A stretch of DNA of 64,000 bases, from NCBI GenBank assembly GCA_964016885.1, contig OZ024740.1, positions 370,202,001-370,266,000 of the forward strand, written 5' to 3'. Shown here one piece after another: positions 50,191-64,000 of the stretch (positions within the stretch are counted from its first letter, which is position 1; every line of letters starts with the position of its first letter). Source of the stretch: Eledone cirrhosa (taxonomy: Eukaryota). The notes below the pieces were generated by a model that was given only the letters and a program-made list of their open reading frames with translations, was not told where the DNA came from and made no database searches. Made by a program: the position numbers and the translations under genes.

Positions 50191-52888
50191 CCGTAACTAT
50201 GTATTCTTTACGATTTAGGTAAAATGTTACCGTACAACGTTATTTTAAGTTCCAGGTTATTTTCGAGTCATATTTCAGATGTGTATATCTTCAAAGTTTT
50301 AACTTTTGGATAGTGTATAGCTGTAAAATATGAATGTAAAATGCATGCATATTCCTCTCGAGTCCATGTACGCCTCTAATATTTGCGAGACTCGAGGTGT
50401 AACATCCATTCAGATTTTTATTCTGCTTCTTGCCATGTCATATTCTGTCCAGTCCATTTTTCGTACTTTTTCTTCATTAGATATAAAATACGCAATTATT
50501 GATACCATTTGTATTCATATTGTTCGACTACTTTAGAATTCTAACTCAGTCTGGAGCACATAAGAATTGTGCTACGATATTTTGTTTACAAATGGTGTCA
50601 GATGGCCGAAAACTATGATCATTATATTACATTAATATTATCTGGTGGAGATCAATAAATTTAACGCGCATTACTTCCACATTAATGCTTCAACATTTGT
50701 TTCGTTCTTTTCGATTTGATTCATGTTTTTTAATTGGTGTTATCAGATATCCTTTGGAGAAGCCAAGGTAGGTTTTTTTTTATTATTACCATTGCAATTA
50801 TTCTTGCTGTTTTTGTTTTGGCTACTTCTATTGATGTTGGTTTTGTCGTTGGTGTTGTTGTCGTTACTACTGTTTCTTCTATTGATGTATGTTGCTCTAA
50901 CAAGACATGTTCACATGTTATGTTTAGATTTACAAAATCAAATTGTTGATATTTCTAAATATTGTATGTTATTTGTGTTTTGATTTCTAAAGAAATAGTT
51001 TTTATCTGTCGTACGACGACTGTTTTTGAAAGTTTACAATCTTGATAGATATTTTTCTTCTTGTTTACATTCGTTCCAACTCGCTTAGAAGTAAAAATGT
51101 GAAAGTCAATGCAACCAAGTAGAAAACAGACAGAAAATAATCAAATTTACGATGAACATTGTTCAGCAAGGCTAAAACATTTCGATAGAAAAGATTAATG
51201 ACATTTCTATGCAAAATAGCATTATTACGAACAATTCTCACCAAAATTTTGGCAACAACAGCACTTAAACACAAAAGATGTGTCAGACCATAATATTGCA
51301 AACTAAGTAAAGAATGATTGAAGTAATTACGCTAACCATTACAGGTTACAAATAAGTTTTGAATGTAGATTGAATCAAGTTAAAAAGGGAAGCGTGGCAG
51401 CGATGTTTCACAAAAGAGTGTGCCTCCTTCGATTGGGAATACATCCAACTGATATACTTCTGCCTCTCGAAAACAGGTTGTACCGTGTAGCACTAAAAGA
51501 TCTACAAAAATGAAGCTCAACCGGATGTGGAGGGGTGTCTGTGTATAGTTCTGAAGACCACGTCTCTAGGAGAGTCTAAGCGATGAGTTCGTGACTACAC
51601 ATGACCGCAGGCTCATACTCGCATACGTGACTCAGTGAGACAATACTCACTGTCATGGATATTAGCCTTGATATTAACAACCAACTGGTTAGTTGTCATG
51701 TTTATTGTGAAATATAGACTATATACAGTATACACGTGTTGTGTAAAACGAATATGTGGTCGTGACTAGTATGGTTATAGAACTCCAATTGGAACTCCAA
51801 AATATCAGGGGCATTCTGTAATTCTGAACTGTTGTTTGTGCGGTAAAAGCCTAATGTGATTGGAGGTGAAGGTCAGAAACCTCATATTTGATGGAAAGAC
51901 AAAAGAAGAGAGAGGGGGAGAGGGAGAGAGAGAGTCAAAAACTTCATTTCATTCTCAGGAGCAGAAATCTACTGAAGTGAGTCTCTCATTCTTACCTTCA
52001 TACTGTAGATCCTTTTTATCTTATGATGATGTAGAGGAAATGGAGATATATTGCTAACGCACAGTGAATCGAGAACTTTCTTTTCACATATAATACTTGA
52101 TTTGCAGCTGTGGTTAATATCTTCACAAGAAATAATCTTTGCCAAGCTGATTTTACATACACGAAAACAAAACTATTGTTATTGAGTCAGATCAATATTT
52201 GATAGCAATGCTTAAGAATATAGGAACAAAATCGTTATAGCTTATTCAAACTTGAGGTGCGAAATTGGATTTTATTATTATGGCTTGTTTCAGTGCTTCC
52301 CTAGTATACTGTACAAGAGTTGCTGCGTGCAATATGGCTATATTCGTTTTACTGCTGCTGTAACGCCGTATCGATTTCTGGGTTCGATTACTTAGATTTA
52401 TGTAACTCCAAAATAGTACCATCTCTTCTTGAAAATGTATTCTGCTATTTGCAATTTTTTTTAATTATCTCCAAAACTCTTATTTATCCCCAGAGAGCTT
52501 TTTATTAAGCAGTATTTTATCGAGCTTCTTCTGTCTTTGAAATTTTATCGTCATTTATAGTTCATGTTTATTAGTTTTCCTTACGCAAGTATTTCTCTTT
52601 ATTACATTGTTTTACATTGTTCCAGTGTACAACTTTCAAACTTCACTTCCTTATTTAATATACTCCAAATATGTTACATATTATATTCTTTCTTTAGCAT
52701 ATGCCTTTTCTATTGAAGTTTCTTTGATGCCTTCTTTTAATGTGTGTAAGCTTCTTTCTAGCAACTGTGGGTGGTACTTTGACTGTTACTAGTACAGTTC
52801 AGAAGTCCAATCGTATATCAACTTACCTCTTACCACTGTTTTCACTCAATCCCTCTCTCTATCCCTTTCTCTCTCCATCTCTCGGTCT

Positions 52889-52889
52889 T

Positions 52890-52971
<82 letters not shown>

Positions 52972-53047
52972 GAGAGATAACTATATGTATATATATATAT
53001 GTATATATATATATAGAGAGAGAGAGATAAATAGATTGATAGATAAC

Positions 53048-53083
<36 letters not shown>

Positions 53084-53133
53084 CATAACTATACATATAT
53101 ATATATATTTATATATTTATATATATGTATGTA

Positions 53134-53201
<68 letters not shown>

Positions 53202-53202
53202 C

Positions 53203-53253
<51 letters not shown>

Positions 53254-53661
53254 CATATATATGCATCTGTCTATGTGTGCGTGTTTACATATTTATATAC
53301 ATACATATAAATACACATGTATAAATATGAATATATATATATGCGTGTGTGCGTGCGTGGGTGTGTGATAATGGGTATATGCTTATTACTTTGTTTCTGT
53401 TTCCTTCAACACTGTATACCATTGTATCGATTTCGTTCACTCCTCTTTAAGAAATTGTTTCCCTTTTTTTCAATCACAATCTCTTTTCCTCTATTATGCT
53501 TGTATTGCTTTTCCTTTTATATTCTTTGCTTGTATATATATATATATATAGATGGAGTTTTGGGAGTATTTGGGCGGGGGGTGTATATGTGAATGAGTAT
53601 GTATGTATATATGTATGAACATAATTTTATTACACCCACACATATACTTACACACACACAA

Positions 53662-53740
<79 letters not shown>
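52889..53740. repeat. Compound TA/GA/CA microsatellite block
   Basis: Read directly. Confidence 0.9.
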
Positions 53741-53743
<3 letters not shown>

Positions 53744-54224
53744 TTGTGTGCATGTACGTGAGTGTATTTTGTTCATTGTATGAAATGATAGATTTGAGCG
53801 TGTATTACATAATAATGTGCCATGTTACCACTCACGTGTGTATCATTTATATAATATGTATTCCTTTCTTGTTTCATTCATTTCTTGTTTCATACCTTCA
53901 CTAAATCTTCTCTCGAGTTATTAATGCTTGTGTGATAATAATGGTGAAGAAGCCTCCCAAATTATTATTGCCTTCATCAATAATAAAAAGCAAATTTAAC
54001 AACATCAATTATTGTCATTTGTAAAACGTATGAACACCGTAGGAAATTTCAAAGATAAAAATAAATAAATATATAAATAGATAAATACAAGCAAACGTGA
54101 CCTGGGGGAAATTGTTATATCACATTAATTTCTTTAAAGAAATATAAATCAAAACAAATATTAATTTATGTCTATTATATTTCTTATCTTTATAATCATC
54201 ATCATGATCATCATCATAAACAGT

Positions 54225-54255
<31 letters not shown>

Positions 54256-55429
54256 ACATCCCCGTCATCATCATCATCGCCATCATCATCGTCATCATTA
54301 TCCTCACCATCGGAGAAAACATTAATGTTATTAAAATATTCAGAATTACTTTAACTTCCAATGGTTTTATGACAAGCATTACCACTCAGTCTCTTAATAC
54401 ATTAGAACAAGCACCAGCTTCTTGCTAAAAATAAGAAATAAGCACGTCTCCATACAATAGGAAAATGTTGTGTGTGAGTTCCGCAAAAAAAAACAATGAA
54501 TTTTTATATTATTTTGTATGTTGCTTTTTACTTATAACACACAGAATTGGCTATCGAACTGTAAAAAGAAAAACGTATATTGTACATGAAAACAACGTGT
54601 TACGTATTTTTATATGCAACCATAAAAGATCAATAAGAATTTTTGTTGTTTTAATTAGGGCTACAAAGCCTTAATATTACCTTTCTGCATGCCATATTCC
54701 TGATAGAATTTCTCGTGTTTGGTTTTTTGTTTTGCGTTTTCTATAATAAACCAAATGCATCTTCTCTTTGAAATATTTTAAAACCTACCACATAATGGCT
54801 TATATTTTTCAGAAATATACCAATATAACTTATATTCTGATTACGAAGCGTAAAGAGACTGTATACCAAACATTGTAATACATTGAAGGCATATACATAC
54901 GTATATAATATCATATGTATTCATATACACATATACACATATGTTGGCGTATTTTTCTCTAAGTATGTATAAATATATATTTATAAAATATATATATATG
55001 TATATATATGAAATTTCGTTTAAAGTATGCTCTTCAGACTGGCAAATGCTCGTTTTTGTACCACCACCAATAAATCACATACATTATATATGCGCGTGTG
55101 CGTGTGTGCGTGTGTATGTGTGCGTGTGCGTATGTGTGTGTGCTTGTGCGTGTAGATTCTTATTTTGTGAAAAGAGGTGGTGGGTGTCTTAAAGTTTGAA
55201 GACTCCTTGGGCATTGATAGAAACGTCAAGTACGTCCATACTCATGATACTTGTCCCTTAAATGGTGATCCGTTTAAGTACAAATAACTGTTGACATTGC
55301 AGACTATGAGGTGCATTACGCACTCGATTACATTGACACTAGTGGTGTAATAGTAGTATGAAAAGTAAAGAAACAAAGTAACACAACGTAGTTCATGAAC
55401 ACATAGAATTTCTTATGTTTAATCATTTA

Positions 55430-55612
55430 ATTGTTTCTACTTTTGGCACAAGGCCAGTAATTATCCAGTATATTACTGGTACTTTATTTTATTGACCCCG
55501 TAAGGATGAAAGGCAAAGTTAACCTCGGCGGGATTTGAACTCAGAATGGCAAGGGCCGTAACTCTATGCGTCAAAGCATGGCGTCAGACCCTCTACCGAT
55601 ACTGCCAATCCA
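55430..55612 (-). mobile_element. OK-like SINE, near full length, 19-bp TSD
   Basis: TSD TCTTATGTTTAATCATTTA at 55411-55429 and 55613-55631. Confidence 0.9.
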
Positions 55613-58600
55613 TCTTATGTTTAATCATTTATTGGTGTAGAGTCTACACTGTAAACGACGTAAGAGCTGTTATAGAATCGGATATGAGAACGCTGACGTT
55701 ACAAAAAAAAGGTTGTGCTGGAACAGCATAGTAACTGGATAGAAACTGAGTGGAAAGGATATCCGGACTGTGGGTGAATGGGTGAGATGCGTGTGTATGG
55801 TAGTACGACTGACATAATAACTGGAAGAATAACGGCATATTGGAGATGTTTACGTCGAAGGAAAATGATGCTCATGTGTTTCAACTTTTTAACGAAGCTA
55901 GAATTAATACTGCAAAGGTGGCAACGCCAGTGAAATGAAATGCTCTCTCAGGTTCGAAAGATTGTTGCAGCCTACCACTGCAGCTAGATATCTACAGAGA
56001 AATATCGATGGTGAGAGAACTAGGGATCTAGTCCAAACTATGAATTACACTCAAAATATCTTACACCTAATAAGATGTTAGTCCTCCAAATCATTATATT
56101 TTAGATTAGTGTAATTGTAGGATATCAGTTTTCGCAGAGAATTGGCAGATTTTAGGTGCAGTTAATTACTATGTTTAAGGATGCAGTTTTAGCAATAATA
56201 TTTGGGAAAGCGCATAAATTTAGCTACAACACAATCAACAGAATTTATGATATCAGATTTCAGATTTTGCTCGAGGAGCCAATTTAATAGAAACTACCTG
56301 ACATACTGTTTACTCTGCCACATCTTGGAAAAATAATTATCCAGATTGTGACCATTCAAGCGTAATTTGAAAAAATATTCCATCAATATTTTGTTTGGTT
56401 TTTAGACGGTGTTATTTCATTATATTTATTCTCGATTAATATTTGATTCTACAAAATTACAAAGCATAAAATTGTGCTGCAGAGGTTTGACTGCGTATTG
56501 ATTCCAAACGAAATTTTGTTTCAGCTTAAATTGTAAAACAATTAACCACTGAGCAATATTCTCAATGCATCATAAATGAAGTTATTATTTCACACTATTC
56601 ATTCGTGTTTTGTTTTCAGTCTCTCTTAATTATGTAATCAACGTATGATGATATTATCCAATATTTTTCTGCTTCAGTCATATCCCATGCAGCTGAACAA
56701 ATCAATACTACTGAGTGACAGGTTTAAGTTGGAAGAGTAAAGTAAATATTATGCCACGATAAATAACAAAAACTGTGAGAACTGTTCGATGGAGAGAGAA
56801 AAGTGTTAACTTGTATTGCTAGATTGACTGTAGAGGAGGCGAGAATATATTATAAGAGCGCAGAAAAGGGTTCGGAATGAGTAGGAAGGAGATGTACAAG
56901 GAAAACGCATATTAGTCAGAGGCAACGTTCAAAGGTATAAGAGTACGTTACCAAGTTTGTAAAGCATTTTAATCCATATAAATATCGTATAATTGTGGGG
57001 TATGTTCGATGAAAAGGCAAAATGCTGTACCTCAGCAGAGCACATGTATAAACTGGTATAAACTGTATAAACTGGTATAGTTTAGTATTTACTAGACCAC
57101 CCTTAACCAGTTGGGTTACGTTCACTTTTATCACAAATATTTTTTTTTAAACCATGTTCACTTAAAAATAATTTTTCAATAATTAAAATACACACATACA
57201 TGTATATAATGTGAAATGAAACTGGAAGGCCCATATATATATATATATACATGTGTGTATGTATATATATACATGTGTGTGTGTATACATATATATATGT
57301 ATGTGTGTGTATATGTATGTCGGTGTCTGTGATCTATATACACTGGTGATAGACACATACACACACATATATATACACACACACTCACATATATATATGT
57401 ATATACACAACAACACCACCAGCTCTCTCTCTTCCATTTTCCTTCTCTGTCTCCTCTCCCTCTCTCTATGTCTCTCTTTCAATCTACTCTCTTACAACCA
57501 CTATCCCTTCCTCTCTATCTTTCTCTTTCTTTGTTTATGAAGGTACCCGGAATAACCCCATAACTCGGGAACCCGTGCTCGGATTTACGCGAAACTTGTT
57601 TTAATCCATTTGTATTCCCATTTCAGGGTCAACTTCCTTTCAAAGTATTTGCCCATTATGCGCCCTTTTGTCTGTATGAATCCAACTTAGTAAAGAAGTT
57701 CACGTTACGCCAATTCATTTAACTTAAAGTTAGCACCAGCAGATTGCGCTCTTAGATAGACTGGCATCTTGCCTTGGAAGTAGTTTCAAACGCTTAGCGC
57801 CGATGAAACCGGAATAAACGTCGGCTTGATAAGCCTCCGGGCTTGGGTCAGATAAGACAATAAGACATGTTTATTATTGAGATTTGTTGCAGACAGAAGC
57901 TGTCTATTGTTGGCATATTGTTGGCAAACGTAAGGTAGAAAGTGTTCAGTTTGAAAGTTAATTGATCACATATATGTGAAGTAGAAATAAATTATTAATT
58001 TTGTTCTTTCAGTTCTAATTAAGATTTACAATGACCAAGACTACATTTTCTGTAACTAAGCTAGTCGTTTTGTATAAGTATTGGATAGCCGACAATAAAG
58101 CTATGGATTTTAAATTAGAAAAGACTTGTTGATGATTTATTAAATGTTCATTACATTTTCGTTAATTTTCGAGGTTGTCTATCTGTTGTTATTTTTATTT
58201 TCTCTATAATCAATTTACTTTTGTTAATTAATGGCCTTCTGCAACGTCAGTTCATGTTAACCCCAGCAAAATAAAGGGCAATCTAATATATACTGTGATG
58301 AATTAGAGAATCAGTTCATGATTGCCTGAGAAGCTAGACGTAAAAGCTGAAATTCCATCAAATCACATCAAACCATCTTTCAAAATAAGAAGGTGCGGCC
58401 GTGATCAAAGGTATTCCAGCTAAGACCAACCCGTCTGTTTTGGCTATATACGATAACATTAACTAATGTGTATTTTCCTATTTTATGCTGTGTGTCTAAC
58501 TTTAATTATATTCTGCTGGTGCTTTTTTTCAAATTCAGTGACGATGTTGAGATCCAACTTCTGAAAAGCATTTAGTCTGGTACGACAAGGCTTGCCTTTG

Positions 58601-58756
58601 ACAGAATAACAAAAACAAACATAATATGTACCCCGTATCGCAACGGGAACGTTATTATATTAAATCTGTGTGTTGATCCAAACCAAAATATAGAGTGGAA
58701 AGGAAATAAACAATTTGTTAATTATTTCTTATTCATCATAATCAAAAGTATCAACT

Positions 58757-59275
58757 TTCTTCTTCTTCTTCTTCTTCTTCTTCTTCTTCTTCTTCTTCTT
58801 CTTCTTCTTCTTTTTCTTTTTCTTTTTCTTCTTCTTCTTCTTCTTCTTCATTCTGAAAAGGTCGTTGCGGGCAGAGTCCTCAAACACTCCTTACAGCGGT
58901 CCTGTAAGACGCAACAGTCTCCAACTGATGCGGCTGGATCCCCAAACGAGACCAGTCAAGCTCATGAACGTTATCCAACCATCTTGTTCAGAGGTATATC
59001 ACTAGGTCTCCTACAGTTTGGTTTTTCCCGTAAAATCTGCCCTGCGATTTTTCTTCAACATTCTAACCACATGACCTTAGTATCGGAGCTGTGATCTCTC
59101 AATTCGGGTATGGGACAGCTCTACCTTGAGTGACCCTCTGATCTCCGAGCTAAGCACGCTATCGAGTCAAGTTACACCAAAGATCTTTCGGAGGAACGCC
59201 ATTTCGGCCGCTTGTATTCTTGATCGTATTCTTTTACGCATTACCCAAGTTTCATAACCATAGGTAAGGTTTGAA
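58757..59275 (-). mobile_element. RTE-clade 3' fragment with (GAA)n tail
   Basis: Minus strand encodes W...KRIRSRIQAAEMAFLRKIFGVT, homologous to 46540-46760; (TTC)n at 58757-58850 is the tail. Confidence 0.75.
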
Positions 59276-59329
59276 TATAACCTTTGATTTTCTGAGTGGG
59301 GCAAGAAATGGTTTGTTACCTTAATTGTA

Positions 59330-60080
59330 CTTAGGGCTAAACTGCTATCTTTTCAATGGTATAAAGAACCAATTTGGCCTTCCGTTAGTGAATCCTCGAC
59401 TAGAACAATTCTCTATACCTTCTTGGTTTGATATTTTTCGATTATTTGATCTAGAATGATTATATCATATCAATTGCCATATCTGTCGCCGAGAAAGTTG
59501 TTTCTCTCTATCGTACCAAAATTTTTTTGTCTCAAAATATCTATCTTTATAAATCCATTATCTGTCCTTGCGTTAAGTACTGTTGCCGCATCTGGTCTGG
59601 TACCTCTTCCATGCACCATAAGAGTCTAGATAAGAACGAAAGAAGAATCGCCAGGATTATTCGTTTTGACTAATCACGTCATCGTCTTCAATCATTATCA
59701 CACCGTCGAAATGTTGCCTCTCTTGGCCATATATTAATATATTCATGAGAATTATTGTAATGATCTTTCCGCTTTCTTGCCTCGACTTCGTGAGCTTAAA
59801 TGGAGTATCAGATTTGCGGTAAGGTCTCATCCATTTTCAGTTGAAGTTCCTAAGTACAATTGTAAATGATATTCTGATATTTTCTTTCCTCGCACATCTC
59901 GCCTGTGGAATTCTCTTCCGACTCCTTGCTTTCCTGACAGGGACAAATTGCAAAAATTCAAAAGCAACATTGATTGTCATCTCTTTTCATGAATTATATT
60001 ATTTCAGTCTTCTCCTTTTCCCTTCTCTGTAAGTCTTGCATGTTAATGGCTTTATTACTTTGCTTAGAGTGAGCAAGAAA
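59330..60080 (+). mobile_element. Decayed CR1/jockey-group LINE 3' end
   Basis: Remnants YKSIICPCVKYCCRIWSG...LDK.ERR.ARII, LSHRRNVASL, FFPRTSRLWNSLP and LQKFKSNI. Confidence 0.7.
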
Positions 60081-60715
60081 ATCATACGCGATCTTACAAC
60101 AGTTGTTACTCAACCAACTATAAGTAAAAGCCAAAATTTCCCTGAAACTGAGGCTTAAAATCTTACATTAGGAAATGATTCATTGGATAATCTAGCTCTA
60201 TCTATAGTAAAAGACATTACACACACACATACACACACACATACGTGCATATATATATGCATGTGTGTGCGTGTTTGTATATATATACACGCACGCGTAT
60301 GTATATATATATATATATCCGGGCGGTTTTTCTGATTCTATACCAGATAATAATAAAATAAAGTGGATTAAAAATTTGTAATTGATGTTTTGAGTAGGCG
60401 ATGTTTTAACTCCATCGACATCCTCCTATTTCATTTCCAATTCATCATCATCATCATCATCATCATCGTCACCAACATCATTATCTTTAACATCATTATT
60501 ATTTTCTCCATCATCATCAGTAGCATTGTTTTCATCACCTCCAATAACAAAAGCTAACACGAAAATTGATAGCAAGCACAAAAACAAAAATGAAAATCAA
60601 GATAGAAAATGTTTATAGGATTAAATAAAGTGTAATTATTGCTTAGCAATAACATCATCATCATCATCAAATTTATCATACTTATCATCATTATCATTAT
60701 AGTTATAATTCAAAC

Positions 60716-60777
<62 letters not shown>

Positions 60778-63009
60778 AAGAAGAAGAAGAAGAAGAAGAA
60801 AAAGAAGAAGGGATTATAGTGTTTCTTCATATTGTTTAAATTACGTTGATGTTTTTATTGTTGTTTTAGGAAAAAATATCGAAATAACATTTCAAAGATT
60901 TTCTTGTCTAAAATAATTATTAAAAGCAAGGAGAAATAATAAGCTTGTGCAAATATACTACTTGCAAACATTTTATAAATATGCAGTAAATTCAAATGTC
61001 TGTTAACCCATCTGATACATTGGAGGTCATTCAAGTTAATATCTATATGTCATGAGTTTTTATGTTCTGCAGAGATCGAATAGTCATTAATCGTATGTAG
61101 AAAGAGGAATTCAATCACACGGACACTATATATTTCCTACAATTATCTCACAAGCAATCATCTGAAGTTATTTATATGTAAATCATCCAGTATAGCCTTC
61201 CTATCAATTATAATTTGTTATTCACTACATCAAATTTCAATTAATGTTATTTTTCTTTGCATTTACGAACCTATATAACGTCAACTTTATGGTTAAACTA
61301 AGTTAAAATCTTGTATTGTACTGTTTGAAAGTTTCTAGATATTAGTTAAATCATGATTTTAAAAGGACGAAAACTAATCCCATTTTACTTTGTGGCATAC
61401 GATGAGGATTTTGAAATAATCGTAACTCGTTCAATTCGTTGTATCAGTCACAAAATCCAATGTTCATGTGCTTATCTTCAATGTCGTCAGTGTTGGTTGG
61501 ATTAAGGCTAAACATTCTTCCTGGAGAGCACATTAGTTTTTACCATGGTATGCTTTATCGTTGTTGAACCACCGTCGGTTCCAACGTTGAGTGCTCAATG
61601 GATTTAATCAACGAAACTGCCTGCTCATGAAATGCACGTATAAGTATTCCATGGGCATGTGCACCCTTACTGTAGTTCTCATGGAGATTGTGAATTACAA
61701 CTCAGCTGAGTGAACTGGATCAACGTAAAAATAAAGTATCACTCTACCCAGTTGTGGAATCAAACTCATGACATTATGTTCGTGAGCCGAACACAATAAC
61801 CACTAAGCCATGTGTTATATCTTGTGGTACACAATCAAAGGTATCAGGATTTTCTTGTTGAAGCCAGTAGTCAGGCGCTATGACAGATACGAATATATAG
61901 TAACTCGCTCAGCTGCTCTGTTCCACTCTAGGCTAATTCTAAAATACGTGTTCCACTCTGGGGTAAATCTAAAATGTAGTTGCTCGGCTAAGAACAAAAT
62001 ACAATAGAGCATTCCCTAGCTCTTATCTTCCTTTAAAAGACGTTAGTATATCATCTCAAATATCGCACCCAGGTGATCTGGTCCATGTTTCTGACAGATA
62101 GGACACACCAGATACGCAATGAGAGGCATGTAGTTGGTTTTCAAATACATTATTCATTTGGTTATTTTGCGTCTAAGGGACAGAAGCAAGAAGCAAATTT
62201 ATAAAGGCAAAGCAATAACTACTGGAACTTGATACGTAGAGTTTAAAGCCCTCGGATACCAGTTACATATTGGTTAAAGATTTGAGAGAATTATGTTTGA
62301 AAATTCGACGTATTTATCTTTCCCAATCGCTAGATTAAGTGTAAGCCGAGTATTGAAATAGCATTGCAATCTCACCTTCTCAACAGATTAATTGTGCATG
62401 TGTTTTAATTAGTTTTATGTAGAGGCAAAAATTAAATGCTTGGTTGATATATTGGAAATGGTTAATCCCTTTTACAGCGGCTCAAATTATATATGTCTTA
62501 TACTTATTTTATCAATCTCTGATTATCGAAAGCAATAGTGAGTTCGGCGAAAGAAGTGTACGGCATTTAGGAAGGTGATGTACAGTTTCTGCTTCTTATA
62601 ACAACGATAACTGTTGATGACAACAGTAATAACAAAATTAGTATTTCATTGGATAAAAATAAACATATTTTGAAAAGAAATGACAAAATTATTTTTCAGC
62701 AGATTAATTCTATTCTATTTCTTACCAAGACAAAATAAAAGTCAAACAATTTCGAACATTTTTCTACATCCTTTCAACATAGACTCAATATCACCATCCT
62801 CCTCCGAGACATAATTTTTTTCCATTCTCTCCTTTCATCATTCATCACTATTTTAGCCAACATAACTACCAACACTCCACCTACTAATAACACATACAAC
62901 CAACAAATAAAAAATAACAAACCCATTAGTGAAAATTACAAGAATAATACAACTTCAAAACAATTTTTTTAAAAATCAAACTGGCAACTAAGAAAAACAT
63001 AACGCACAA

Positions 63010-63230
<221 letters not shown>

Positions 63231-63654
63231 CATTATTTAATTATAAAAAAACCTGGGATATGTTAGTAACTGCCTCAATACAAATCTTGAGAAGCTAGGC
63301 TTCACAGGAACAGGAAGAACACAACTAGTTAGGAAATTACAAGTACTATCCATTAATGGAACAGTAAAAATATGTAAAACATTCCAAAAATTTAGCATCT
63401 AATAACTGCATATAAACATGTATAGATACAAAGCATCTACACATGCACACATACAACTCAAAACATACACAACCACACATACAATAACATCCATATCTAC
63501 ACCACATGCATGCATGCATACATAATCTACCTAGTTGATGTTGTGTAAATTCCAATGAGAGAGTCCCGTGTCTATGTTAGAAACCGACACTCACTCTCTA
63601 TTGGTAAAAATTTGTGAAATTATAAAACCAGAAGAACATACATACATACATACA

Positions 63655-64000
63655 TGGTGGCTGACAACTCGTTTTCGAGTACGGCCACTACTTTATATCC
63701 ATGTAGGAGAACCCCTACTGATGCGCTAAACGAGTGTGACTCTTTAGTCCAGCCAGCGACTTGAAAACTCTGGTACAAACACTACACTTGTGACAATTAT
63801 TGACACATAGTGCTAGACCCATGGTACCATGTGACGACAAAGTGCAGAGAAATCTCCAGATATAAAGCAATGCCTGTGCCGTGAAGCTTTTATAGTGAGC
63901 AAAGGCACTGCACAAAGCCAGTCCCACTCTCTTAACCAAGATGATATTTACCAAAAAGAAGAACAAGTCAACATCATTGGATACCATCAGGGTTGCAGGT
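63655..64000 (-). mobile_element. Non-autonomous bipartite RTE-derived element, copy 3 (runs off window end)
   Basis: Nearly identical to 24022-24367; (ATGT)n tail. Confidence 0.82.

Noticed and set aside
57537-57960. Possible mariner remnant (minus-strand GKYFE and a TA-start terminus)
   Set aside because: Only a 5-residue match, and I found no second TIR.

Overview
Eukaryotic, AT-rich, microsatellite-dense DNA. The dominant tRNA-type SINE resembles, from recall, the octopus OK-type SINEs, so this is probably an octopod cephalopod. I found no host protein-coding gene. Positions 1-24.8 kb are a nested retroelement pile-up inside (TA)n and (TAA)n tracts. It holds a Penelope-like (PLE) RT fragment, an RTE fragment, a CRE-clade fragment, three tandem R4/Dong-like copies, a near-intact L1/Tx1-clade LINE with an open 1139-aa ORF2, and a short non-autonomous RTE-derived family. 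The rest is mostly old non-coding DNA with SINEs and decayed LINEs, plus smaller TA-nested clusters at 33.7-35.5, 37.6-39.3 and 40.4-41.1 kb. The most interesting signal is absent from the ORF track. Several unrelated, short, non-coding fold-back elements in (TA)n tracts carry type I hammerhead ribozyme motifs: four with intact cores, four with point-mutated cores, and several 3' halves. One ~670-bp palindrome has a hammerhead on each strand. Two families have octamer (ATGCAAAT) motifs upstream of the ribozyme, and some duplication or inversion breakpoints fall at the predicted cleavage site or in stem II. These look like PLE-derived, retrozyme-like elements. All structures were read by eye, and activity is untested.
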